A program made the translations under genes and the position numbers. Below are positions 1 to 8,400 of a DNA stretch of 64,000 bases, piece after piece. Source of the stretch: a virus. Location: positions 1-64,000 of IMG/VR virus record IMGVR_UViG_3300029653_000167; one strand, 5' to 3'. Within the stretch, counting starts at the first letter, position 1. Each line of letters starts with the position of its first letter. The notes beneath the pieces are model-generated. The model saw nothing but the letters and a program-made list of their open reading frames with translations. It was not told the DNA's origin and made no database searches.

Positions 1-1002
1 TCATTGGGCAAGTTGCATGATTCTAGCGGATACACTCGGAATCGTTATGTTGCCGCCCATCGTGGACTCATAGGTTATCGTCCCATCAGTGGTGCCCCAC
101 AAATCAACTATGTCATCCTCCAGAAGTCGATTATCGTTGCCGGTGCGCATGTATGAGACGAATATGACCTTGTTGGAATCCCAGATTCCATAATCGCCCT
201 GCTCCACACTGACTCGATATTGAGTGTCAATATCACCTTCAATGACCTGTACGATTTTCCCATGGAAATGGACGCGCTTGCCCTTGTTCGCATCAGGGTT
301 TCGAGCCAGATCATCGAAAGGTATATCCTGCGCGGACGCCTTGAACTGGTCATCTGATTCATCGGCCGTGACGGAGAAGGTCGCCTCGAACCCCTTGAAC
401 TCCACGGTGAACTCCTGCGTCTGACCCGCTTGAAGCTTACCGGGGTTCTTGACGGTGAAGCCCGATATTCCGTCCCTTGTGGAGCCATCGTCATACGTGG
501 CCGTCACGTCTATGCCTTCGGTCGAATTATTTATCTCGGTGCCATCGGCCGTCGAACCCGAATACTCGGCTGTGATTCCAGTCAACGATTTAGGTTTCGG
601 GGTTTCCTTGGTCTTGGAACTCTGGGAGGGGTCGGAGGTCGCAGGCGCGGTTGCGTCGTTCTTGGCTGCTTCGATACCGGACGCGGCCAAGCCGACAATC
701 AATATGAAGACAATGATGCCAGCAATCGCGGCACCTGCGAGGCTGAGGACGAATTGCCATATCTTCATGGTGATTGTTTTTGCGGCGGGCTTCAATCCGC
801 GCGGCTGCCCCGAGGGAAAGTACGGGTCAAGCGGATGTGGGGCCACATATTGCCCGGCCTGCGGTTGTTGCGACTGTGGCGCGTATGCACCGTATGTGGG
901 AGTCGGTTGTGGCGTGGGCTTATCGGCGGACTGCCGCGACGATGGTTGACCGCCCGATTCGACCGGCTGCTGTAATACGGGTGGTTGTTCTGGTTCACTC
1001 AT
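1..1002 (-). CDS. membrane-anchored protein of lysogeny module (Pro/Gln-rich N-term, single TM helix, C-terminal beta-rich DUF4352-like domain)
   Basis: Complete ORF (stop at 1-3, ATG at 1000-1002). TM segment WQFVLSLAGAAIAGIIVFILIVGLAA. Lies immediately downstream of ImmA/repressor. Confidence 0.5.
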   Translation of the reverse strand: MSEPEQPPVLQQPVESGGQPSSRQSADKPTPQPTPTYGAYAPQSQQPQAGQYVAPHPLDPYFPSGQPRGLKPAAKTITMKIWQFVLSLAGAAIAGIIVFILIVGLAASGIEAAKNDATAPATSDPSQSSKTKETPKPKSLTGITAEYSGSTADGTEINNSTEGIDVTATYDDGSTRDGISGFTVKNPGKLQAGQTQEFTVEFKGFEATFSVTADESDDQFKASAQDIPFDDLARNPDANKGKRVHFHGKIVQVIEGDIDTQYRVSVEQGDYGIWDSNKVIFVSYMRTGNDNRLLEDDIVDLWGTTDGTITYESTMGGNITIPSVSARIMQLAQ

Positions 1003-1093
1003 TTTTTGTCTCTTCTCTCCATTGGGGTTGGTGAGCTAATTGTATCCACGAACCGTGTTCCCTGATTGCAAGAAACACGGATAAGGTACATAA

Positions 1094-1525
1094 TCATGCG
1101 GCCCGTGCGGCAAGATTGTCATGCAGCCATCGCTGGTAGTCCAACAGGACGCCGACGGTGATGCCCAGTTCCTGCGCCATCGCGTAGGGTTCTCCCCCGT
1201 ACAGGTCTTCCGTGCGCATGTATTCGATGGGATTAATCAGAGAGAACGCGGTCTCCTTGCGGGTGAGGCGTTCTTCTTTCTCCCGGCTCAGTAATCCGAG
1301 CCCGTCATCGAAGTGTTTTGCGTGGATAAGCTCATGCTGCAACGTGCATACCCGTTGTTCCATGCTCATGGTGGGGTCGATGTACGCGGTGCGGGTATCG
1401 GGATCGTATTCCCCGCACTGCGTCCCGTCGAACTCCTTATCCTCTATGAGGACTCCCATGTGTCGGGCCTCAATGGTGAGGTCAGTCCATGTTTTCACGC
1501 CCGGACTCCGCCTGCTTGTTCTCAT
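1094..1525 (-). CDS. ImmA/IrrE-family metallopeptidase (anti-repressor protease partner of XRE repressor)
   Basis: HEXXH motif LQHELIHAKHF; overlaps 3' end of upstream HTH repressor gene, the canonical immR-immA arrangement. True start may be the internal Met (MGVLIEDKEF, ~1459). Confidence 0.6.
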   Translation of the reverse strand: MRTSRRSPGVKTWTDLTIEARHMGVLIEDKEFDGTQCGEYDPDTRTAYIDPTMSMEQRVCTLQHELIHAKHFDDGLGLLSREKEERLTRKETAFSLINPIEYMRTEDLYGGEPYAMAQELGITVGVLLDYQRWLHDNLAARAA

Positions 1526-1877
1526 CCCGATAAGCGGCCTTCTCCACCTGTATCTTCTTGCCTATGACCTTTTCGAGCTGGGACGCCACCGAGGCTGTCT
1601 CGGATACCGGCTGGCGCAATGTTTCCTTGGTGAGGCGAGCCAGTTCGATCATCAGCGAACGGCCGGTGGTGCCCGACAATGCGGCAAGAGCATCTACGTC
1701 GTTGGTGTCGATGGCCCTTTTGCCGTTGACCCTTTCGCTGACATACGCTTCGGTGAAACCGAGGTATTCAGCAATCTGACGCTGCCTTACCTTGTGCGCC
1801 TTCATGTACTTTTTATACTCCGTCGCAAATGCCAAGGCGAACGCAGACATTTCGCGGAAATCATTTGGATTAGCCAT
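1482..1877 (-). CDS. CI-like XRE-family HTH repressor
   Basis: HTH segment RQRQIAEYLGFTEAYVSERVNGKR; divergent from Cro-like gene; followed by ImmA. Confidence 0.7.
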   Translation of the reverse strand: MANPNDFREMSAFALAFATEYKKYMKAHKVRQRQIAEYLGFTEAYVSERVNGKRAIDTNDVDALAALSGTTGRSLMIELARLTKETLRQPVSETASVASQLEKVIGKKIQVEKAAYRDENKQAESGRENMD

Positions 1878-1879
1878 AC

Positions 1880-1948
1880 TTAAATCTTAGCATATGCGAT
1901 ACGGCGTGTCTAGTCTTGACAGACTTGGCATATGCTAAGTTAATAGAC
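1880..1948. promoter_or_regulatory. divergent promoter/operator region of the lysogeny switch with inverted repeats CTTAGCATATGC ... GCATATGCTAAG
   Basis: 12-bp perfect inverted repeat separated by ~30 bp between repressor and cro-like starts; each half contains palindromic GCATATGC. Confidence 0.45.
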
Positions 1949-2218
1949 ATGAGCAGCACACAGAAACTAACAACAGCCGGTATTCGATACCGACTCTTCA
2001 TCGCACAGAAAAGCCTCCGATGGCTTGCAGCGAAACTCGGATGGGATGTAAGCAAACTATCCCGCCGACTCGCCGGCCAGCCGGCCTTCAAAGTCGATGA
2101 ATTGGACATGATCTGCGAAGCGCTCGGAGTCAGTTTCGAGGAACTGCTCACCATCCCAGTGGACATGCATGAGAAGTTCTTCGGCGCTGAGACGCCTGAC
2201 TTGGAGGTGACGGCATGA
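1949..2218 (+). CDS. Cro-like HTH regulator
   Basis: ORF 1916..2218, start refined to Met12 (MSSTQKL). HTH-like IAQKSLRWLAAKLGWDVSKLSRRL. Divergent from the repressor. Confidence 0.5.
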   Translation: MSSTQKLTTAGIRYRLFIAQKSLRWLAAKLGWDVSKLSRRLAGQPAFKVDELDMICEALGVSFEELLTIPVDMHEKFFGAETPDLEVTA

Positions 2219-2805
2219 TTCAGAAGGAGAGTCGCTCACACCTCTACATGATCTGGTCAAGCATGAAGCGCCGTTGCGAGAACCCGAACATGCCGAACTA
2301 CAAGTATTACGGTGCGAAAGGCATCAAGGTTTGCGGAGAATGGCATTCATTCCCGAAATTCAAGGAATGGGCTAAAGCCAACGGTTATGTTGACGGACTC
2401 TCGTTAGATCGCATCGACAGCAGCAGGGACTACGAGCCCGATAACTGTCAGTGGATGACGCTCAGTGATAACGCCACCAAATCATTGGAACGAATAGTCA
2501 CCGTCGATGGGGTGGAGGGGAATGTTCGAGCATGGGCCAAGTTGCTTGATTGCAGCCCTGGCAACATCTCCTATCACATTTACGGCAAAGGCGTTCCAGT
2601 TGAGGAGTTCATTAGACGCCGAGCAAGATACGGGAAAAACCAGAGAGTTGTTCGGAACCCATCTGAGAGGACCGTGAAAGCCATGAGGCGTTTGAACCGC
2701 AAACTGGTCGAGCTGACCGAATCGGTCGGAGCCTTGCAAGGCGAACTTGACTTCTCTGAAGAGCAGCGTCTTTCTGAGTCTCCTGTATTGGAGGTAACAG
2801 CATGA
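2215..2805 (+). CDS. HNH/AP2-like (HNH_3-type) DNA-binding/nuclease protein
   Basis: Phage-typical motif YMIWSSMKRRCENPNMPNYKYYGAKGIKVCGEW ... LSLDRIDSSRDYEPDNCQWMT. ATGA overlap with upstream gene. Confidence 0.45.
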   Translation: MIQKESRSHLYMIWSSMKRRCENPNMPNYKYYGAKGIKVCGEWHSFPKFKEWAKANGYVDGLSLDRIDSSRDYEPDNCQWMTLSDNATKSLERIVTVDGVEGNVRAWAKLLDCSPGNISYHIYGKGVPVEEFIRRRARYGKNQRVVRNPSERTVKAMRRLNRKLVELTESVGALQGELDFSEEQRLSESPVLEVTA

Positions 2806-3026
2806 GTACAGAAAACATGGAAGCCCCTGAGATTTACAGCGGAAAGGTAGGAGTGGAGATCGTACCGGACATGCGCAAGCTCAGGAGCTTCGCCAAGGAC
2901 TTCATCGCCCTCGTGGACAGTTACTGGCCGGAGGAAACAGGTAGTCCCTTGGCCACGCAATCCAGGCAGACCGGCAACTGTGATTCGCCTACACCGGACA
3001 TGTCCTCGACTTCGGCACCACAGTAA
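2802..3026 (+). CDS. hypothetical protein (overlaps antisense ORF)
   Basis: ATG overlaps stop of upstream gene; GGAGGT SD; 74 aa. Confidence 0.25.
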   Translation: MSTENMEAPEIYSGKVGVEIVPDMRKLRSFAKDFIALVDSYWPEETGSPLATQSRQTGNCDSPTPDMSSTSAPQ

Positions 3027-3124
3027 TAGCAGCGATTTCCGTTCTGCTCCTTCACAGCACGAACGGCCATCTGTTTCAACCGGTCATCGAAGTCCTTATT
3101 GAACTTGACGAAAGCCATATTCAC
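2921..3124 (-). CDS. small Cys-rich (zinc-ribbon-like) protein on opposite strand
   Basis: Strong SD GAGGAGGTGA 6 nt upstream of ATG on minus strand; CYYCG...CLDC motifs. Confidence 0.35.
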   Translation of the reverse strand: MNMAFVKFNKDFDDRLKQMAVRAVKEQNGNRCYYCGAEVEDMSGVGESQLPVCLDCVAKGLPVSSGQ

Positions 3125-3196
3125 CTCCTCTCAATGAATCGAGACATTATGAACACTTCGAATCGTAGTCTGACCATCACGGAAACCGAGTAACCC

Positions 3197-3697
3197 ATGT
3201 TTGGTTTCAACAAACGTTCCGAAGAGCCGGAAAACCTGTATGAAGAGCCACCCGTACCGGAAATCAAGCCATGCCCCATCTGCGGCAAGACCCCATCGGT
3301 CTACTGCGCCGGATGCTCAATGTTCGGAAGCGGTGCCAGCACCAGGTACTGGAATTGCCGGTGCATCGACTGCGATTATCCCAAGCGTCCTTCCGGATTG
3401 AGCGTCAATTACTGTAATAAGGCCGACGTTGCCGACCATTGGAATGAGTTGGCGGACCGGTCTGAGAAAACACTGGACGCACCTCTTCCCGAATGCCCCA
3501 TCTGCAATAAGCGTCCGACGCTTGTAGAGATCGTCGGCAAAGGAATGGTCTACGACTGCGGATGCGATTGCGTGAGTATTTCAAGCCCCTCCCTCAACCC
3601 GATAGAAGTCAAGAAAGACTGGCTGAGAGAAGCCGCCCGCAGAGCGGACTACCTGAGAAGGCTTCGCTCCTGCACGGATGTGCTGTCAAGAAATTAA
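3197..3697 (+). CDS. tandem zinc-ribbon protein (two CPICxK.P ribbons; Lar-like?) paralog A
   Basis: PCPICGKTPSVYCAGC ... PECPICNKRPTLVEI; paralog of 20668..21183. Confidence 0.5.
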   Translation: MFGFNKRSEEPENLYEEPPVPEIKPCPICGKTPSVYCAGCSMFGSGASTRYWNCRCIDCDYPKRPSGLSVNYCNKADVADHWNELADRSEKTLDAPLPECPICNKRPTLVEIVGKGMVYDCGCDCVSISSPSLNPIEVKKDWLREAARRADYLRRLRSCTDVLSRN

Positions 3698-3784
3698 CAA
3701 GTCTTGCCGCAGTGGGTCGTTTTTTATCCACCTATCGACTACAGGCAAATAAATACCATACTGCGATCTGCTGCGGCAACCATC

Positions 3785-3913
3785 GGCCGGAACCCTTCGG
3801 GGTGTCTGGACACGCACCATCGCCGCCACACCATAGGACTCGTCATCCATCTCTCAGAAACCAGAAACACGGTGGCGGCAAGGACGTTCTCGGTTCGAAT
3901 CCGAGTCCGGCCA
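3785..3913 (+). ncRNA. tRNA-like structured element (~129 nt: 7-bp acceptor + perfect T-arm, long internal insert)
   Basis: 5' GGCCGGA pairs perfectly with 3' TCCGGCC. T-arm CTCGG-TTCGAAT-CCGAG. Internal hairpins CCC-TTCG-GGG, GTGT-CTGG-ACAC and long stem CATCGCCGCCAC/GTGGCGGCAAG. Sits in a 460-bp non-coding gap. Confidence 0.35.
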
Positions 3914-4157
3914 CGCGGAAAGGACATGTCATGAACAGGAAAACGTATGGGGCTCACTGCTCCGGCTGGCAGCATTCACCTGATGAACGCCGGCACCGGC
4001 ATGAGAACACGAAGACAATCACTTGTCTGACGTTGGCGGCGACCGGGTTCCTGATTCTCTCACTGCAACCCTATGCGGGCCCGTGGAGCATTCTCGCAGG
4101 CTTCATGTGCTGTTCGCCCGTCATGCTCTCGTTCGCATTGTCGAAAGGAACACAAAA

Positions 4158-5057
4158 ATGATCTGGTTCATACTCGCCGTAATACTCCTGCTCATCGGAG
4201 TCGGCATGATAGCCGTCGCACTCGCCAACGGTGGCGACGGAGCCGGTTTCGGCTTCATTCCCATCATCGTCGCCGCACTGTTGATGATTCCGGCATGCCT
4301 ATACTCGCTGGACGTAGGCGAGGTGGCCGTCATCCGCAACATGGGCGGCTCCGTCGCCGGTCATGCGGAGAACGCGGGCTTCCATGCGAAGGCGCCGTGG
4401 CAGTCGGTCATCAAATACGATACGCGCAACAACCTCATCAACTTCTTCAAGGACACCGACTACAAGTACGACGGCGGCAGCGCGGAAGGCAAGGAGATCA
4501 CGGTCAACGACCGTAGCGGTGCCAGCGCGAACATCGACATTCAGGTCAACTATTCGCTCGAACCGTCCGCCGCTGAAATGCTCTACTCGGAATACGGCAA
4601 GCAGACCACGTTCACGCAGAACTACATCGGCAACGACCTGCGCAGCGTGGCCCGTGAAACCTCCGGCAAGTTCGACACGATCACGATGCTCACCGACCGT
4701 GGCAAGTACACGAAGGCCGTGCAGGACGCGCTCACCTCGAAATGGAAGAGCATCGGCCTGACCGTCGAACAGGTGTCCGTGCAAGACATCCGCTACCCGA
4801 AGTCCATTACCGACAGCTACGCGCAAGCCCAAGCCGCCGAGGTCGCCAAGCAGAAGGCGAAGAACGAGCAGGAGACCGCGAAGGTCGAGGCCGAGACGAA
4901 GCGCATCAAGGCGCAGGGCGAGGCCGACGCGAACAAGGTGCTGAACGATTCCCTGACCGACAACGTGCTCCGGCAGCATTACATCGACGCTTTGAAGAAC
5001 GCCGACCAGCTGATCGTCACACCCGAGGGCTCCAACACCCTCATCCAACCCAAATGA
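4158..5057 (+). CDS. SPFH/band-7 (prohibitin/HflK-C/flotillin-like) membrane protein
   Basis: ORF 4023..5057, start refined to MIWFILAVILLLIGVGMIAVALA (TM) with AAAGGAA SD. SPFH-like core. C-terminal coiled coil AQAAEVAKQKAKNEQETAKVEAETKRIKAQGEADANKVLNDS. Confidence 0.65.
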   Translation: MIWFILAVILLLIGVGMIAVALANGGDGAGFGFIPIIVAALLMIPACLYSLDVGEVAVIRNMGGSVAGHAENAGFHAKAPWQSVIKYDTRNNLINFFKDTDYKYDGGSAEGKEITVNDRSGASANIDIQVNYSLEPSAAEMLYSEYGKQTTFTQNYIGNDLRSVARETSGKFDTITMLTDRGKYTKAVQDALTSKWKSIGLTVEQVSVQDIRYPKSITDSYAQAQAAEVAKQKAKNEQETAKVEAETKRIKAQGEADANKVLNDSLTDNVLRQHYIDALKNADQLIVTPEGSNTLIQPK

Positions 5058-5104
5058 TTCTTCCGGGCGGGGTTCTTTATTCCTTTACTTCCTCGTCCGG
5101 TGGC

Positions 5105-5192
5105 AGCCAAGCGCATGGTGCCGCACCTACGAAGCCTTCCAATGGTCATGGACTTCTCCAAGGTGCACCGGGTTCGACTCCCGGCTTGGCGC
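5105..5192 (+). ncRNA. second tRNA-like element (~88 nt; perfect T-arm, 6/7 acceptor)
   Basis: T-arm CCGGG-TTCGACT-CCCGG. 3' CTTGGCG vs 5' AGCCAAG (A1-G72 mismatch). Class-II-like length. Intergenic. Confidence 0.3.
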
Positions 5193-5311
5193 TCAGAAAA
5201 ATTTAACCCCTTCGCGTCCTGCGTCGAAACCAGCAAAACAAGGGTTTCGGACGTGTCAGCACCGGCGTAGAAGGACAACCAAATAATCAAGCCCAGTGAA
5301 GGGAAACAATC

Positions 5312-5668
5312 ATGGAAATCACACCATCAGACCAGATGAGACTGCTCAACGAGGCCCGTGGACTATTGCCGCAGGACGAGCTCGAACACCGGGCGAGGCA
5401 GATACTCGACTCATATACGCCGAACCAGCAGCCCGCGCCGCAGACACCGGGCTCCTCGCGACTCATCATCAGCGACTTCCTACGCTCGAAAGGATTCGAG
5501 CCGATGAGGGAAAGCGCGTTGCGCTTCGGTTTCCGTTTGGCCAAGAACTACAAGATGAAGTTCGGCGCCTACCCGCCCAAGCACGGGAAGACCTACATCT
5601 ACTACGAGATCGACCGGCCTCTCATGGAGGAGACGTGGGCGCAGATTCAATCGGAGGACGCGGACTGA
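5312..5668 (+). CDS. hypothetical protein
   Basis: ORF with AGGGAAACAATC ATG context; 118 aa. Confidence 0.45.
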   Translation: MEITPSDQMRLLNEARGLLPQDELEHRARQILDSYTPNQQPAPQTPGSSRLIISDFLRSKGFEPMRESALRFGFRLAKNYKMKFGAYPPKHGKTYIYYEIDRPLMEETWAQIQSEDAD

Positions 5669-5946
5669 TGGCATCTGATTTCAACTCTATCGCCAGGGCC
5701 ATCCGTTATCTCGGTGATTGCGTCCGTTATCTTGCGGACAAGTATGTGGCCGTGAACGATCGCGTGTACTCGGATTGGAACGAGGCCTCGAAGGTCGTGG
5801 GAGACGTTGGCCGTGACCATGTGGCCGATTATGCGGAGGCCTCTCACAAGCAGGGCAAGTCGCGTACTTGGCGTCACAGTCACCTGATGGAGCGTGAAGA
5901 ACAACTGTCCATGCAGTCAAGGGGTTCTCATGTTGACCCCGAATGA
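5668..5946 (+). CDS. hypothetical protein
   Basis: TGATG overlap start (Met125 of ORF 5296..5946). Confidence 0.4.
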   Translation: MASDFNSIARAIRYLGDCVRYLADKYVAVNDRVYSDWNEASKVVGDVGRDHVADYAEASHKQGKSRTWRHSHLMEREEQLSMQSRGSHVDPE

Positions 5947-6097
5947 TGTCCGGCATAGAAAGTTCCGCACGTATCGTTCCCTGCTTTACGGAGAGGTCTA
6001 CGACGCGGAGGACGTTGACGATTTTCTCGACTCGGTGGCCGACACCATCAAGGTTTTAGGCAAGGAAGTACTCAAAGCAAGAAAGGAGTGGCAATGA
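5930..6097 (+). CDS. hypothetical small protein
   Basis: ORF 5894..6097 from internal Met (MLTPNDVRH). Confidence 0.3.
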   Translation: MLTPNDVRHRKFRTYRSLLYGEVYDAEDVDDFLDSVADTIKVLGKEVLKARKEWQ

Positions 6098-6945
6098 CCG
6101 TCGAGCAGATGGCCGATGACGATTACTTCGCGTTTGACGCGGTGGACCAGACCGCGTTGAAGAAGTATCTGGTCAGCCCGTTGGCGTATTCGCAGTATCT
6201 GACGGGCGAGCATTCGTCCTCCCCCCAGTTCGAGTTCGGGAAGGCGGCTCACAGTCTCATATTGGGCAGTGGCCCCGAGGTGCTGGTGAAACCGAACCTA
6301 CGCACCAAGGAAGGCAAAGCCAGGTATGCGGAGACATTGAAACTGCATGAGGGCGAGGATATCGTATGGCTTTCCCCCGATGATGTGGAGAAGGTCGAGG
6401 CCATGCGGGACATGGTTGGAGATTTCTTCACGAAGCTGGATGGTCAGCCGGAGGTGGCGATGATCGCCGCCGACCCTGATACCGGATTGTTGATTAAGGG
6501 CAAGGCGGACTGGTTGCCGTCCACTCCCGACCCGGATGGTGTGCTGCGTATCCGTGATTACAAGACCACGGTGAAGTCGCCGGACGAGTTCGAGCGTTCC
6601 TGCTGGCAGTACGGGTATCACATTCAGGCCGCGTTCTACATGCGTCTCTACCGGTTGACGATGCCCGAATATAAGGGGCCGTTGGGGTTCGAGTTCGTCG
6701 TGCAGGAGAAGAACCCGCCGTTCGACTGGATGCGCTACGAGATTCAGGAGGATTCGCCCATCATCACCGAACTGGCGGAACCGAAGATAAACCACGCTTT
6801 GCAGGGCATCAGATGGTTCCGTGACAACACGGAGGACCCGTTGGAGGCCATGAGGGCCTACGGGTTGCCTAAATACCCGAAGGATGTCGTGTTCCCCGAC
6901 TGGAAGCTGTTGGAGGAAGAGGAGGAGATTGAATCATGGCGGTAA
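6088..6945 (+). CDS. RecB-family/Cas4-like PD-(D/E)XK exonuclease (phage recombination exonuclease)
   Basis: Motifs GKAAHSLIL, IKGKADWL, IRDYKTT (D/ExK), QYGYHIQAAFY (QxxxY). Directly upstream of the annealing protein. Confidence 0.6.
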   Translation: MAMTVEQMADDDYFAFDAVDQTALKKYLVSPLAYSQYLTGEHSSSPQFEFGKAAHSLILGSGPEVLVKPNLRTKEGKARYAETLKLHEGEDIVWLSPDDVEKVEAMRDMVGDFFTKLDGQPEVAMIAADPDTGLLIKGKADWLPSTPDPDGVLRIRDYKTTVKSPDEFERSCWQYGYHIQAAFYMRLYRLTMPEYKGPLGFEFVVQEKNPPFDWMRYEIQEDSPIITELAEPKINHALQGIRWFRDNTEDPLEAMRAYGLPKYPKDVVFPDWKLLEEEEEIESWR

Positions 6946-7487
6946 TTAAGAAGGACGCTCGGGGCGGTCGTGGCACGTATGCGACCCTGGCTCAGGTCGT
7001 GAACTATGTGGACGAGCAGGGGTTCGACCTGCAATGGCCGACCCAGTTGGTTGACGGACGCCTGTATGTGGATACGGCCGTCAGGAAGAAGGGCACGGAC
7101 AAGTGGATTGCCAGTAATTGTCTTATCCCGGTCGAGGTGGGTGATTCGCGTGGCATGAGCGTCATGCAGGCCCTCGGTTCCGCATTGACGTATGCGCGAC
7201 GCTACAGCACTTGCGGCGCGTTCGGACTGGCGACCACGGATGATGACGGTGAGACGAGCGGCTACAAAAAGCGTTCTGTCAAGGGTATGACCGACGAGCA
7301 GAAAACACAGATCGACCGGATTCTTGAAGACTGCAAGATTCCGGTGGGTCAGGAGAACGGTTTCATCGGCAATGTCCTGCAAACGCGGGTCGCTTATGGC
7401 ACGTTGACCGAATATCAGGCGCAACGGTTCATCGACGCTTATCGACAGCATAACGACAAGGTTAAGGAGGCTCCCAGTGAGCAGTGA
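6936..7487 (+). CDS. ERF-family single-strand annealing protein
   Basis: GSALTYARRYS motif; positioned between exonuclease and SSB. Confidence 0.5.
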   Translation: MAVIKKDARGGRGTYATLAQVVNYVDEQGFDLQWPTQLVDGRLYVDTAVRKKGTDKWIASNCLIPVEVGDSRGMSVMQALGSALTYARRYSTCGAFGLATTDDDGETSGYKKRSVKGMTDEQKTQIDRILEDCKIPVGQENGFIGNVLQTRVAYGTLTEYQAQRFIDAYRQHNDKVKEAPSEQ

Positions 7488-8400
7488 GATTGGTTTGAAC
7501 GACGTGAAGCCGGGCATGTGGGTTGAGTTTGATGATGCGGACGGGCATTATGCGGGCGAACTGCATGAGATGAAGAACCCGGAAAGCATGGTGGACGTTC
7601 ACATCATGAGTATGGGCCATAAGCCGCCACTGTACATCGAGACCGAGGATGAAGGCAATCTCGTGGTTTTCTTGGATTTTGGCGATGGGTACAGTACCGG
7701 TTTCGCTCGGAACGTGCATGTGTACGAGTCGAAGCCCGAGACGGAATCCGTCAAGCAGGCTGAAGATGATGACAAGAAACCGTTCTGGAAAGGCAAGACC
7801 TGCGGGGAGCTGGAAGGGCTGCGTGTCAAGATAACGTGGAATAACGGCGACACGATGACCAGTACGCTCGACATGGTGGGAAACGTTGCTCATTGCGTCT
7901 CTCTTTCTCCCGCCATTCGTTCATCCTCGACTTTCGTCCCTTACTCCGGTATCAAGTCCATCGAACTGGTGGATGATGCTTTCCGTGAGCGTATCACCGA
8001 TATCACGAAGGTTCGCCCCGGCGACAAAGTGGTGGTGAAGAACGGCAACGAGTACACGGTGAAGAAGACGGATTCTGACCGTGTGGGCGGACAGACCCTG
8101 TGCCTGAGTATCGGGGAGCTCGGCTTTCCGGACGGGTGGTGGATGGATGACTCCTTTTTCCAATATGCGTACCGCGGACCGTACACGATGGATGACCTTC
8201 CGAAGGAGCCGGGCTTCTACAAGGCTCGCACCGAATCGGTGTGGAAGCATGACGGCAAACGTTGGATGCCGGTGCTCTCCCATGACGGCACCATCGCCCC
8301 CGCCTTCCCATGCCAGTCCCAATCCCGCAGCCAGTTCTTCAAGACCAGTGTCCGGGATGATCGTTTCCCGTTCACGAAGGTGGAGGCGAGCTTCGAGTGA
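7477..8400 (+). CDS. hypothetical protein with PFW-GKT beta-domain (paralog of 9965..10609)
   Basis: KKPFWKGKTCGELEGLRVKITWNNGDTM vs EKPFWAGKTLMEIQNLDKRVKVTMENGDVF. Confidence 0.5.
   Translation: MSSEIGLNDVKPGMWVEFDDADGHYAGELHEMKNPESMVDVHIMSMGHKPPLYIETEDEGNLVVFLDFGDGYSTGFARNVHVYESKPETESVKQAEDDDKKPFWKGKTCGELEGLRVKITWNNGDTMTSTLDMVGNVAHCVSLSPAIRSSSTFVPYSGIKSIELVDDAFRERITDITKVRPGDKVVVKNGNEYTVKKTDSDRVGGQTLCLSIGELGFPDGWWMDDSFFQYAYRGPYTMDDLPKEPGFYKARTESVWKHDGKRWMPVLSHDGTIAPAFPCQSQSRSQFFKTSVRDDRFPFTKVEASFE

Noticed and set aside
1916-1948. Cro-like gene starting at 1916 (TTG)
   Set aside because: That start would sit on the operator half-site; the internal ATG (MSSTQKL, 1949) downstream of the inverted repeat is more plausible. 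Low certainty.
3562-4161. ORF 3562..4161 (+) and 3704..3934/3739..3975 overlapping the tRNA-like element
   Set aside because: R/H/P-rich composition, no RBS, spans a structured RNA and the real SPFH start at 4158.
4299-5048. Long antisense ORFs opposite real genes (e.g. 4299..5048-, 34928..35923-, 35941..37317-, 37446..38210-, 38612..39250-, 39217..40005-, 39878..40636-, 41131..41934-, 44134..46254-, 46882..49005-, 55058..56071-, 58417..59400-)
   Set aside because: Typical high-GC frame artifacts: Arg/Gly/Leu/Val-rich, no RBS, fully overlapped by convincing sense-strand genes with phage synteny.
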